Source of the DNA: a bacterium | GTDB taxonomy: Bacteria > UBA8248 | Direction: 5' to 3' | NCBI GenBank assembly: GCA_965219955.1 | Contig: OZ244799.1 | Span: 3,520,001-3,584,000, forward strand | Length of the DNA: 64,000 bases | In this document: positions 41,956 through 51,694 of the stretch, in pieces | Layout of the letters: every line of letters begins with the position of its first letter | Numbering within the stretch: the first letter of the stretch is position 1 | Made by a program: the position numbers and the translations under genes | The notes under the pieces: model-generated | Databases searched by the model: none | What the model was told of the DNA's origin: nothing | Seen by the model: only the letters and a program-made list of their open reading frames with translations

Positions 41956-42687
41956 CTAAACCGTGCCTTTGGGGGGAAGAACCACCATCGATTCCGTCCA
42001 GGCCCTGCGGGACTGAGAGAGCAAGAACTCTATGGCTTCCGCCACCAGCTCAGGAGGAATCATCGCCTCAACATCGAACTCCCCCGGAATGGATTTCCAC
42101 ATGTCCGTCGCGCAGGCCCCGGGCCGGAGGATGGTAAGACGTATACCCTTGGGCCTCAACTCCTCCACCAATGCTCTGGAGAGACCTTCGAGACCGGCTT
42201 TTGCGGCGCAATAAGCCGAGGCTCCCGGAAAACCCGACACCGCGCTAATCGAAGAGATGTTGATGACCTCGCCATTCGCCGCCGCAAGCAAGGGACAAAG
42301 GGCTCGTGTCAGCATGAAAGGGGCTGTGAGACACACAGAGACCGTAGCATTGAACTCATCCACCGAGAGGTTTTCGATATCCTTGAAAACACCCGAACCC
42401 GCATTGTTTATCAGCGTATCCACGCCTTCCAGTCTTTTTTCAGCCATTTCGCTAAGCGCTTCCACCTCGTCGGCATTCGTCACATCGCAACTGTGCGGAA
42501 AAATATGACCCACGTACCCTTTCGAATCAAAAGCCAGTTTCGCCAGGGCATCGGCATCTCTCGAAACGGCAAAAACCTTTGCGCCCGCTTTTGCGAGACG
42601 AAGCGCGCTCACACGGCCTATTCCCCGAGAAGCACCGGTGAGAACGATTCGTCTTTTCTCCAGATTCTTGGGCTCACCGAACGCCAT
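41956..42687 (-). CDS. SDR family oxidoreductase (possible sepiapterin-reductase-like role)
   Basis: TGASRGIG, NNAG, YCAAK; overlaps the PTPS stop. Confidence 0.85.
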   Translation of the reverse strand: MAFGEPKNLEKRRIVLTGASRGIGRVSALRLAKAGAKVFAVSRDADALAKLAFDSKGYVGHIFPHSCDVTNADEVEALSEMAEKRLEGVDTLINNAGSGVFKDIENLSVDEFNATVSVCLTAPFMLTRALCPLLAAANGEVINISSISAVSGFPGASAYCAAKAGLEGLSRALVEELRPKGIRLTILRPGACATDMWKSIPGEFDVEAMIPPELVAEAIEFLLSQSRRAWTESMVVLPPKGTV

Positions 42688-43102
42688 CGGGACTTTCTCC
42701 ATAATAATCCACGAAATTCCGCTCGTTTTCATACAAGCGGACGCGAAATAGAATCTCTGTGTCTATATATTCCGCCAAAGATTCCCAAATCGAAATCGCG
42801 ATGTTCTCCGCCGTGGGGATCCTGTTCTTCATGAATTCCGCCGCATCTTCATTCAAATTCTTGTGATCAAGCGCTTCTACGACTTGTCGCTTCATGACTT
42901 CCTTGAGATCAGCGAGATTATAAGCCATTCCCGTTTCAAGGTTTACGGAACCTCGCAATGTCACTTCAAAAACGTAATTATGCCCATGATAGTGCGGATT
43001 AGCGCATTTTCCGTACATGGCCTCATTTTGCTCATCGCTCCAGTCGGGTCGAAACAAACGATGCGCTGCGGAGAATTCTTCTTGCCTTGTTATTTCAATC
43101 AT
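42674..43102 (-). CDS. 6-pyruvoyl-tetrahydropterin synthase / QueD family
   Basis: FSAAHRL, GKCANPHYHGHNY, LDHKNLN, TAENIA. Confidence 0.92.
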   Translation of the reverse strand: MIEITRQEEFSAAHRLFRPDWSDEQNEAMYGKCANPHYHGHNYVFEVTLRGSVNLETGMAYNLADLKEVMKRQVVEALDHKNLNEDAAEFMKNRIPTAENIAISIWESLAEYIDTEILFRVRLYENERNFVDYYGESPDGVR

Positions 43103-43114
43103 CCACTTTTCATC

Positions 43115-44320
43115 CTACGCTTGAATCGGATCAATCATAGAAACATCCGTTTCTATCATATCGGCATATTTTAAGCCCGTGGCCGTATTAAACGTCACGA
43201 TGCGCTCATCGCGCCCGATATCACCCCGTTTGAGCAAAACCTCCAATGCCGCGATACACGCCCCGCCTTCAGGGCAAATGAGAATCCCCTCGGAAGCACC
43301 CGCTTTTCTTTGCGCCTCGAACATCATCTCGTCTGAAACGGCAATCGCCTTGCCCCCGCTTTCCCGAATCGCCTGCAGGCACAAAAAATCCGCCAGAACC
43401 TTCGGCGCGCGCAAGCCGGATACCATCGTCGTAGGGTTGTCCCATAATGACGAGACGTCGTCGTTGTTCTCATATGCCCGAACGAGAGGTGCGCAGCCCT
43501 CGGCCTGAACGCAAATCATGCGCGGCCTTTTCTCGCCAATCCAGCCCAAAGCCTCAAGCTCTCCGAAGGCGCGCCACATCGCCACCAATCCCGTTCCGCC
43601 ACCGGTTGGATAGAGAATCACGTCCGGAATATCGCCGCCGAATTGTTCGACGAGCTCATAGGCCATCGTTTTTTTACCCTCGGCCCGATACGGCTCCTTG
43701 AACGTAGACAACTCGAACCAGCCTTCCGCCGGTGTTCTTTGCGCCACAATTTCCGCGCAATGGTGGATATAGCCGCGAACAACGGTCACATCTGCTCCCG
43801 CCAGCGCACATTCCACTTTGTGTACGCTCGGCGCTTTTTCCGGGACAAACACAGACGCCTCGATTCCTGCTCGCGAGGCGTAGGCGGCCGCCGCGCCGCC
43901 GGCGTTTCCGGCCGTGGGAATGGCGATCTTTTTCGCTCCCAGATGCCGGGCCATCGTGATGGCTGCGGACAACCCCCTGGACTTGAAACTTCCCGTCGGA
44001 TTCAGGCCTTCATCTTTCACGAACAGGTTCGAAAACCCCAAAACCTTTCCCAGGCGAGGCGCCCGCAACAAGGGAGTCATGCCTTCGCCGAGCGTAACGA
44101 TGGCACCTTCATCGGGAGCCGGAAGCATTTCATGATAGCGCCACATGGAATGAGCGCGACCCGCCATATTCTTGATGTTCAAAGTTCGCACGGCGGCTTC
44201 GGTGTCATACCGCGCCAGCAACGGAGCGCCACAGGGGCTTAGATTCATCAAACCGCCGGGTGCGAATTGTTCTCCGGTTTTTGAACATTCAAGCCCTGCG
44301 AATGCAGAATAAGAATTCAT
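43115..44320 (-). CDS. thrC: Threonine synthase-like PLP enzyme
   Basis: LGEGMTPL, NPTGSFKSRG, AGNAG, EGKKTM, PTGGGTG. Confidence 0.85.
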   Translation of the reverse strand: MNSYSAFAGLECSKTGEQFAPGGLMNLSPCGAPLLARYDTEAAVRTLNIKNMAGRAHSMWRYHEMLPAPDEGAIVTLGEGMTPLLRAPRLGKVLGFSNLFVKDEGLNPTGSFKSRGLSAAITMARHLGAKKIAIPTAGNAGGAAAAYASRAGIEASVFVPEKAPSVHKVECALAGADVTVVRGYIHHCAEIVAQRTPAEGWFELSTFKEPYRAEGKKTMAYELVEQFGGDIPDVILYPTGGGTGLVAMWRAFGELEALGWIGEKRPRMICVQAEGCAPLVRAYENNDDVSSLWDNPTTMVSGLRAPKVLADFLCLQAIRESGGKAIAVSDEMMFEAQRKAGASEGILICPEGGACIAALEVLLKRGDIGRDERIVTFNTATGLKYADMIETDVSMIDPIQA

Positions 44321-44442
44321 CTCGGGACTCTCATATATGAAGTTTTCATTCTCGACATTGTTGCTTCAAAAGCACTTTGGTACCTTTTCATTGATTCTCA
44401 TAACGATATCGTTATCATCGCTGCCCCCGCAAGGAGAAACCA

Positions 44443-45321
44443 ATGGCACGCAGAGTAAAGGCATTGCCAGGCCCGGCAAAAACCCAAGGATTTGTTGAAA
44501 TCGCAGATGGGGTACATATATTCATTGGTGGAGATGGCGGGACGAACTTCGGCCTCGTGCTTACGGACGAAAAACCCGTTATCGTTGATAACGATATCCG
44601 GATACGAAAACCTTTTGTGTCCGGCATGAAAGAAATCATCCGAAAATCACCTGGTCTGGTGCTCAATACCCACCACAATTTCGACCACACCTCCGACAAT
44701 GGTTACTACCATAATCGAGGGGCCGTTTCCGTTGGCCAGGAAAACGTGCGCCTGGAGATGGAACGAGAAGAGAACGAGGACATCTGGGTGAAGCAAATGG
44801 CGGGAAGGCCACAAAAAGTAGAGCACCTGATTGGTAAACTTCACATTGCACCGCCCATGGTAACGTTCGAAGGTGAAATTTCCATCCGCTATGGCGGGCG
44901 GCTGTTCGAGATGGTTCACATTGGTCATTGTCACACCAAAGGAGACACCGTCGTTTGGATGCCGGAGGAAAGAATTCTGTTCACCGGAGATCTGCTCGAT
45001 TATCGAACTCATCCGGTAGCCAGGCTGGGGAATTTCGGCAACTGGATAGATGCGATTCCCAAATTAAAGAAATTTCCCGCCAAATTCCTTATCCCCGGCC
45101 ATGGACCGATTCCTGCTCAACCCGCTTCCAAGGTATGGGATGAATTCAGGGGTTATATGACGAAACTGCGCTCCCGCACCGCCACGGCCCTGAAAAAGCA
45201 CAAAACTCCAGCAAGAGCGGTTCCGAACGTTCACATGGATGAATACCGAAATTGGTTTCGCTCAAACCTCGTTCCGCAAAACGCGACGTTAATGGCGAAG
45301 GAATTAAGCAAAAAAAGGTGA
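44443..45321 (+). CDS. MBL-fold metallo-hydrolase (cyclase-like)
   Basis: THHNFDH, HTKGD, FTGD, PGHG. Confidence 0.88.
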   Translation: MARRVKALPGPAKTQGFVEIADGVHIFIGGDGGTNFGLVLTDEKPVIVDNDIRIRKPFVSGMKEIIRKSPGLVLNTHHNFDHTSDNGYYHNRGAVSVGQENVRLEMEREENEDIWVKQMAGRPQKVEHLIGKLHIAPPMVTFEGEISIRYGGRLFEMVHIGHCHTKGDTVVWMPEERILFTGDLLDYRTHPVARLGNFGNWIDAIPKLKKFPAKFLIPGHGPIPAQPASKVWDEFRGYMTKLRSRTATALKKHKTPARAVPNVHMDEYRNWFRSNLVPQNATLMAKELSKKR

Positions 45322-45326
45322 GAATC

Positions 45327-45968
45327 TCACACCCACTCTGTTGGTGACGCCTCTCCCTGGAAATAACCAGGGGGAACATCCCCCCGCACACGGCGGGCGA
45401 TCAAACGCTTGTCCATCAATGAAAAGCGGCTTTCCACTTCAGCCGATGAAGACCACGGTTCTTCATCCTGAAAACCACCCACCCGAATTTCTCCTTCCAC
45501 GATCAAGACGCCATCCTCTACCCTGGGGGTACTTCTCACTACCCCTGATTTTTCATCCCAAAACTGTACGGCGCCATCGTTTGCGCCGAACGCATAGACC
45601 GCACCTTCTCTCTTCCAGTCTACGGTCGCAAATGGGCCTCCTTTTTCTTCTCTCTTCATCGCCACACTGCTTGTACCCACGATGTATAAATCCCCCCAGA
45701 TGAGAGGGGACGCTATCACCCAGCCTGCCGTGTTCTCCACTCGCCAACGGAAATTGCCGCTTTCGCGATCCACCGCAAAAAAATGGCCCTTTTCCTGGTC
45801 ATTCAGGACGGCGAAAATTCCTTTTTCATCCGCGGCATACAGCGAGGTATGCACACCAAGGCGTTCGAGAAGTTCGTCGGGTGGAATCGTCACGATACCT
45901 GCCTCTCCATCGGTGGTCATCGGTAAAGGTTGCTCACTATCTTTCAGCCGCAGAATACCCGAAGACAC
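45327..45968 (-). CDS. Hypothetical protein with PQQ-like beta-propeller repeats
   Basis: FFAVDRESGNFRW, VYAFGANDGAVQFW, SPL/STP repeats. Confidence 0.6.
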   Translation of the reverse strand: MSSGILRLKDSEQPLPMTTDGEAGIVTIPPDELLERLGVHTSLYAADEKGIFAVLNDQEKGHFFAVDRESGNFRWRVENTAGWVIASPLIWGDLYIVGTSSVAMKREEKGGPFATVDWKREGAVYAFGANDGAVQFWDEKSGVVRSTPRVEDGVLIVEGEIRVGGFQDEEPWSSSAEVESRFSLMDKRLIARRVRGDVPPGYFQGEASPTEWV

Positions 45969-46100
45969 CTTTCACCTCTATCTCGCGAAGTGAGATGGGA
46001 CAACGCGCTGTTCATCAAGGTCGAACGCTATGATTATTTTTGATAAGATTAGCGAAATAATTCGTATTGAAAATAGAGACCATCAATAAGGAGATTTCAC

Positions 46101-46667
46101 ATGGCCGTCGTCACCATTTCACGTCAATACGGGACAGGTGGAATTTTCATTGCGCGCAATCTTGCGGAAAAATTGAATTATGCGTTTCTGGGACGTGATG
46201 AACTCGTCGAAATTTGCGAACAACGAGGTTTAACCCTGGATCTAGAAAAAATAGAAGGCCGCGCGCCAACAATCCTGGAGCGGACTTTCGGTGTGAGGCG
46301 AGACAGCTTGCGAGGCGTTCTATCTGGATGCATGAACGAAGCGGCGGACAAAGGGAACGTGGTTATCGGCGGATGGGGAGGTCAAGTACTTCTCAAGGAT
46401 CGACCCGATGCCCTGCATCTACGAATCGTCGGCAGCCTGGAAGCCCGCATCCGACACTTCATGGAATCATCAGGCGTGACGAGAACGGCCGCGGAAGAAA
46501 CCATCAAGAGATCAGACCGGGATCAGGGATTGTTTTCCCAGTATTTCTTTCATGTGGATTTCGCCGATTCCACTCTTTATCACGGCACATTGAACATCGA
46601 GCAAACATCGGCTGAGGATATGATTTCTATCATCGAATCGATGATGGCAGAAAAAGCGGCTTCCTGA
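46101..46667 (+). CDS. Cytidylate kinase-like family protein
   Basis: VVTISRQYGTGG..LAEKL, VVIGGWGG; AGGAG RBS. Confidence 0.85.
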   Translation: MAVVTISRQYGTGGIFIARNLAEKLNYAFLGRDELVEICEQRGLTLDLEKIEGRAPTILERTFGVRRDSLRGVLSGCMNEAADKGNVVIGGWGGQVLLKDRPDALHLRIVGSLEARIRHFMESSGVTRTAAEETIKRSDRDQGLFSQYFFHVDFADSTLYHGTLNIEQTSAEDMISIIESMMAEKAAS

Positions 46668-46682
46668 ATACTGTCACGAAAA

Positions 46683-47918
46683 TCACCCTTTTCTTCTCTT
46701 TGCTTGAGAAGACGCCGCCGCCACTGCAATAAGCGAAAAAACCTGAACCGCCAGCACGAGAATAAACGCCCAGTAATAGTTTTTCCATAAATCAAAAAAG
46801 TATCCCGCAATCCAAGGCCCGACGGCTGAGGCCAATCCTCCTCCCGTTTGGCTGAAACCCAGGATTCGGCCAAAACTTTTGCCGGCGAAAATGTCCGCCT
46901 TGATCGATACGAAGATCGCACCCCGGGCACCGGCGCCGATCCCATACACCAAAACATAAGCATATCCCATCCAGGAGCGGTGCTCAGATAAATTCATCAA
47001 CAAAAAAACTCCTGACATGGCAACCAGGCTGAGCAGATAAAAAGTTCGGGTGCGTCCAATTCTATCCCCCACCCATCCGCCTAAAATACCTCCCAAGGCC
47101 CTGACTACGGCCAGACCTCCTATCAGAGAGGCGGCTCTCATCGTGCTCATTCCAACATCAACCATGTGCGCGGCCTGATGAACGCCGACCACGCTGAAGC
47201 CAACGCCATTAAAGATCCCGGCCAGAAACAATAGCCAAAAAACCGAATCAGACAGGGCGTCTTTCAAGGTCCGGTTCGAGCCGAGGTCGTCCACTGCTTT
47301 TCTTTCCGTTATGACAGCCCGGCTGGGATGCAAAAAAACATTCAAGGGAACCAATAAAACGAAGATGCCAATCGCCAGCAATACATACGCCGCACGCCAT
47401 CCAAAAGTCGCGATCAGATAGGCGGAAAACGGAACCATGACGATACCGCCGCAGCTCCTTCCCGATAGAGATATCCCCATCGCCACGGAGCGGCGTTGCG
47501 TAAACCATTGGCTAACGATTGTGCTCGTGGGAATGAACCCGAACATGGTGACGCCTAACGCTACGACGCCTCCGTAGAAAAAATACAAGGTGGGCAAGCT
47601 GGAAACCTTTGACATCAAGACAAGGCCGATACCCAGAATCGTGATTCCCGTGGGAATGATCACCCTCGGACCCCAACGATCCACCATCGCCCCGATAAAG
47701 CCTGCGGAAATTGCAAACGTGGCCATGGAAAAAGAAAACGCCAGGGCGGTGTCCGCCCGGGACCACCCAAATTCATTGAGAAAAGCCACGTAAAAAACGG
47801 GAAACGTTCCGACGATGGAACCACCGACAGCCATGGTGAAAAAGGTGAGTCCCACTATCACCCAGCCATAATAACGGCTTGAATTCTCACTCGCCTTCTC
47901 TGAAAAGTGGAATTTCAT
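46683..47918 (-). CDS. MFS transporter
   Basis: ~12 TM segments; YYGWVIV, GAMVDRWGPR, GWVGDRIGR. Confidence 0.9.
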   Translation of the reverse strand: MKFHFSEKASENSSRYYGWVIVGLTFFTMAVGGSIVGTFPVFYVAFLNEFGWSRADTALAFSFSMATFAISAGFIGAMVDRWGPRVIIPTGITILGIGLVLMSKVSSLPTLYFFYGGVVALGVTMFGFIPTSTIVSQWFTQRRSVAMGISLSGRSCGGIVMVPFSAYLIATFGWRAAYVLLAIGIFVLLVPLNVFLHPSRAVITERKAVDDLGSNRTLKDALSDSVFWLLFLAGIFNGVGFSVVGVHQAAHMVDVGMSTMRAASLIGGLAVVRALGGILGGWVGDRIGRTRTFYLLSLVAMSGVFLLMNLSEHRSWMGYAYVLVYGIGAGARGAIFVSIKADIFAGKSFGRILGFSQTGGGLASAVGPWIAGYFFDLWKNYYWAFILVLAVQVFSLIAVAAASSQAKRRKG

Positions 47919-47935
47919 TTAGCCGAATCCGATAC

Positions 47936-47970
47936 AGAAAAAATACAGGCGCCCCACCAAAGAGGCGCCT
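47936..47970 (-). terminator. Possible terminator after dnaN
   Basis: AGGCGCC/GGCGCCT stem followed on the minus strand by GTATTTTTT. Confidence 0.35.
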
Positions 47971-48053
47971 AAGAAATCATGATCCCCCCAACTTTTCTTT
48001 CAGGGGCATACTTGCAGCATCAATTCAACCTTTTGGGCAAACCGAATGGCTGG

Positions 48054-49211
48054 TTAGACACGCATCGGCATTACAACATATGTATAGCCATCCGAATCTT
48101 CGGGAGAGAGTACCCCGGGACTCAGCGAATCCTTTAACTCCATGCTGATCTGCTCTTCGTCCAATATGGAGAGCGCATCAAGACAATACCTGGAATTAAA
48201 CCCGATCGTGATGTCAGTCTGCGCGTTCGATTCTATGACTTCCTCGGCTTCTCCCGCTTCTGAGCCATTCGTCGTCAGTTTCAACTGGCCCGGGGTGAAC
48301 TCAAACTTCACCATGCGCGTTTCGTTCGTAAAAAGAGAAACCCGCCTGAGCGCCTGCGTTAAACTTTCCCGGTTCATCAAAATGGAATGCTCATTATTAT
48401 CTGGAATTACTTGCCTGTATTTCGGAAATTCGCCATCTATCAGGCGGGCCGATAACGCGATATTTTCCATTTGAAAAATGATGTGGTTTGGAGTGAGAGA
48501 GGCGGGCGCTTCTTCCCCTGAAAGAGATAAGCCCTGGCCGCTTGAAACGTGGGTGAGAGAAACGGATACGTCACCCTCGACGCCCTGCAAGAGCTTGACG
48601 AGTTCTCCCAACGCTTTTTTGTGGACAATCACTCCTTCTTCAAGTACCAACCCTTCGCTCGCTCGCTCAATCATCGCCAACCGATGGCCATCCGTAGCGA
48701 CGAGGCGCAGGGTGTCGGCTTCGGTTTCCATGAAAACGCCATTGTACGTATAGCGCGTCTCATCCTGGGATATCGCAAACATCGTCTTTCGAATCATTTC
48801 CGATAAAACCGAAGCAGAAATTGTATGTGTGTCTGACTCCCTCGACTCAGGAAGCGCGGGAAACTCTGCAGGCGGCAACCCCGGAAAACGGAATCTCGAG
48901 CGCTCACAGCGCATTTCAATCCACTGTCCATCTTCTTCCGTGAAACGAACCTCCGACTCAGGAAGTTCCCTGACAATGTCAAACAATTTCCTTGCATTCA
49001 GCGTGACTTTCCCTGCTTTCTCTACTTCAGCCTCGAACATTCCCCGCATGCTGATATCAAGATTCGTACCCAACAAACGGATATTCTTATTGCCTTCGGT
49101 CTCGACAAGCACGTTTTGTAATATTGGCATTGCGCTGCTTCTATTTTCGACGACACCTTGTATCGTCTGCAGGGCCCTGAGTAACGTATCCCTTGAAATG
49201 GCTAACTCCAC
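48054..49211 (-). CDS. dnaN: DNA polymerase III beta sliding clamp
   Basis: MPILQNVL, LVATDGHRLA, RLIDGEFPKY, IGFNSRY, YVVMPMRV; GTG start after AGGAG. Confidence 0.97.
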   Translation of the reverse strand: MELAISRDTLLRALQTIQGVVENRSSAMPILQNVLVETEGNKNIRLLGTNLDISMRGMFEAEVEKAGKVTLNARKLFDIVRELPESEVRFTEEDGQWIEMRCERSRFRFPGLPPAEFPALPESRESDTHTISASVLSEMIRKTMFAISQDETRYTYNGVFMETEADTLRLVATDGHRLAMIERASEGLVLEEGVIVHKKALGELVKLLQGVEGDVSVSLTHVSSGQGLSLSGEEAPASLTPNHIIFQMENIALSARLIDGEFPKYRQVIPDNNEHSILMNRESLTQALRRVSLFTNETRMVKFEFTPGQLKLTTNGSEAGEAEEVIESNAQTDITIGFNSRYCLDALSILDEEQISMELKDSLSPGVLSPEDSDGYTYVVMPMRV

Positions 49212-49582
49212 AATACTGGCTCCTTGTAATGGGACAGGGTTTACGAATCATTGAGCAGCATGAACCCGATATTGGTTTGATGATAACAAATTTCAGGGTC
49301 TCGTGGGCACCCGTTTCATATAAACCAAAGAAAGAGACAGGGCAAGAGGACGGATTTTGAAAACCCATTTACCATTCGGTGAAATTTGATTCCATAAATT
49401 GCGGGCGCAAACCATCATGGCGCTGACGTCGATGCCCGGCAAAAGAAGAAATACCGCGGCCAAAAACACCACAAATCAAGTTGCGAAAGAAAAAAAGCGA
49501 AGGACACAATCCTTGAATCATTGAGTTGAAATGGTAATATGGAAGCCTTGTTAATGCGAAGTATCTTCAACTATTCTGTGTT

Positions 49583-50335
49583 ATGAATAAATCGATCTCC
49601 CAGCGCTCTATATTGCACATCTACGCACATCCGGATGATGAATCCTTTGGAAATCCTGCCACAATCACGCTCTACGCAAACCAGGGTGTGCGAATGGGCC
49701 TGCTTACCTTTACACGTGGAGAAGCAGGTCTGACAAACGGCGTATGCGAGCCTGATGAGTTAGGCGACGTCCGGGAAGCGGAACTGAAAGACGCCTGCCA
49801 TGTGCTTGGCGTGGAAGAAATGACGCTCTGGAACTACCCGGATGGCGAATTGAAATCCATTGACGATTCGGAAATTATACCCCGCATCGAAGTATTCATC
49901 CGGAACTTTTCTCCCGATGTGATCGTGACGTACGGAGAGGACGGCGTTACCGGACATCCTGACCACATCGCCGTCGGCGGCTGGGTCACAAAGGCTTTCT
50001 GTCGACTTGTGAAGGAAAATCCCGGGGCTGCTCCCAAGCGCCTGTACCACCGAATATCGCCTGTGAAAAGGCGCGCCTTGTACAATCGCTCCGATCTCGT
50101 TTATCGAGATGACTACACAACCATTGTCGATGGGAGAAGATTTCCGCATGCGAGATTCAAAGCGCACGCATGCCACCGCTCCCAGAAACAAGTTACGGAT
50201 TACACTCAACCAAAAGTGTTTGAGGCAGGGTTGGTAGATTATTATGCCAGACATTATCCCGCCTGGTGTGGAGGTCCGCTTGAGGCCGATCTGTTCGGGG
50301 ATTCCCACCATGCCGATGAAACCATATTGCCCTGA
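49583..50335 (+). CDS. PIG-L family deacetylase (MshB/BshB-like)
   Basis: AHPDDES, TRGEAG, GHPDH, HRSQ. Confidence 0.9.
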   Translation: MNKSISQRSILHIYAHPDDESFGNPATITLYANQGVRMGLLTFTRGEAGLTNGVCEPDELGDVREAELKDACHVLGVEEMTLWNYPDGELKSIDDSEIIPRIEVFIRNFSPDVIVTYGEDGVTGHPDHIAVGGWVTKAFCRLVKENPGAAPKRLYHRISPVKRRALYNRSDLVYRDDYTTIVDGRRFPHARFKAHACHRSQKQVTDYTQPKVFEAGLVDYYARHYPAWCGGPLEADLFGDSHHADETILP

Positions 50336-50336
50336 A

Positions 50337-50981
50337 TTACACTACTCTTCCATACGCAAGCCGCACATTTTTTACTGAAAGAGACTTGGTCCATTCTGGT
50401 ATGTGAGTGCTCACGACCAAGGTGATCCCAGAGGCGGCCAATTCTTGAATGATTCCGACAATCACTTCGCTGTTTTCTTCGTCTACGTGGGAAATGGGCT
50501 CATCCAGAAGAAGGGTTTCCGCTCCCGCCGCTAACGCCCTGGCAAGCGCCACGCGCTTCTTTTCTCCCCCGGAGAGTTTAGCAGCATCTCGTTGAATGAG
50601 GCCCTCGCATCGCGTTTTAAGGATAGCTTCTTCAGCCTTTTTGTTCGCCTGCGATATATTCATCCCGCGCGCGCGGGGACCATAAGAGACATTCGACAGA
50701 ACATTTCCCCGAAAAAGATATGGCTCCTGGGCGAGGAGGGTAACCAGTCTCCTGTGCTTGAGCCCCGGCTTGCCGAAAATGATGGCCTCATCCTTGTAGT
50801 TGATGATGCCGGTCTCAGGCGTAAGCAGGCCCGCCATCATACGCAACAGCGTTGTTTTTCCGGAACCATTTGCTCCGGTGAGCAAAGTCACCTCGCCGGT
50901 CGAGACGGTCATTCTTTCAATGTCCAGAACCAAATCGGTCTCATACCGAAATTTCACGTTTTCCAGAAAAAACACATCCAT
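50337..50981 (-). CDS. tupC: Tungstate ABC transporter ATPase
   Basis: GANGSGKT, LSGGEKKR, LLDEP; in operon with tupAB. Confidence 0.85.
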   Translation of the reverse strand: MDVFFLENVKFRYETDLVLDIERMTVSTGEVTLLTGANGSGKTTLLRMMAGLLTPETGIINYKDEAIIFGKPGLKHRRLVTLLAQEPYLFRGNVLSNVSYGPRARGMNISQANKKAEEAILKTRCEGLIQRDAAKLSGGEKKRVALARALAAGAETLLLDEPISHVDEENSEVIVGIIQELAASGITLVVSTHIPEWTKSLSVKNVRLAYGRVV

Positions 50982-50982
50982 G

Positions 50983-51669
50983 TCAGGACCTTTGGATATA
51001 GCGGGAAAGAAAATTCGTCACGAAAATGATCGCCAGGAGCACAACGCCCAAGGCAATTCCGAAGCCGAATTCTCCTTTCATGCTTTCAAGCGCTATGGCT
51101 GTAGTCAGCGTTCGTGTATATCCCTCGATATTCCCTCCAAGCATCATGGCGATACCCACTTCCGAGGATACGCGGCCAAACGCCGCCAACACCGCCGCCA
51201 CCATCCCAAAACGGGCTTCGCGCAGCACGGTCCACGCCACAAGGCCATTGGATGCGCCTAGTGTAAGGGCTGTTTCCCGTACTCTGTCATCAACGGATGC
51301 GACGGACGTCATGGAGAATACCGCCACGAGAGGAATCGCCAACACGACCAACCCGATAATGATAGCCGAGGGAGTGAACAACAAGTCGGCGAACCCCAAA
51401 GGTCCTCGTCTGGAGATAAAGCCATATACGAGTAACCCGATGACGACGGTCGGCAATCCAAGCGATGTTTGAAGCACCGTGATGGCGAACCCGCGCCCAT
51501 GAAAGCGTGCCGTCGCCAACAGAAAACCAACAGGCAGGCCAATGAGAGACGCCAGAATCGTAGCCCAAAAACCTACCTTGATAGTCACCCATGCGGCGCG
51601 CATGACTTCCGGGTCTGCTCTAAGCACCCGTATCAATCCATCGGCAAACCCATCAAGCAAATATTCCAA
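50983..51669 (-). CDS. tupB: Tungstate ABC transporter permease
   Basis: GLPTVVIGL, SRRGPLG, FGRVSSEVG..GGNI..TRTLTTAIALE. Confidence 0.9.
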   Translation of the reverse strand: MEYLLDGFADGLIRVLRADPEVMRAAWVTIKVGFWATILASLIGLPVGFLLATARFHGRGFAITVLQTSLGLPTVVIGLLVYGFISRRGPLGFADLLFTPSAIIIGLVVLAIPLVAVFSMTSVASVDDRVRETALTLGASNGLVAWTVLREARFGMVAAVLAAFGRVSSEVGIAMMLGGNIEGYTRTLTTAIALESMKGEFGFGIALGVVLLAIIFVTNFLSRYIQRS

Positions 51670-51694
51670 AACGCTTACCCTCTAAAGAAATTTG

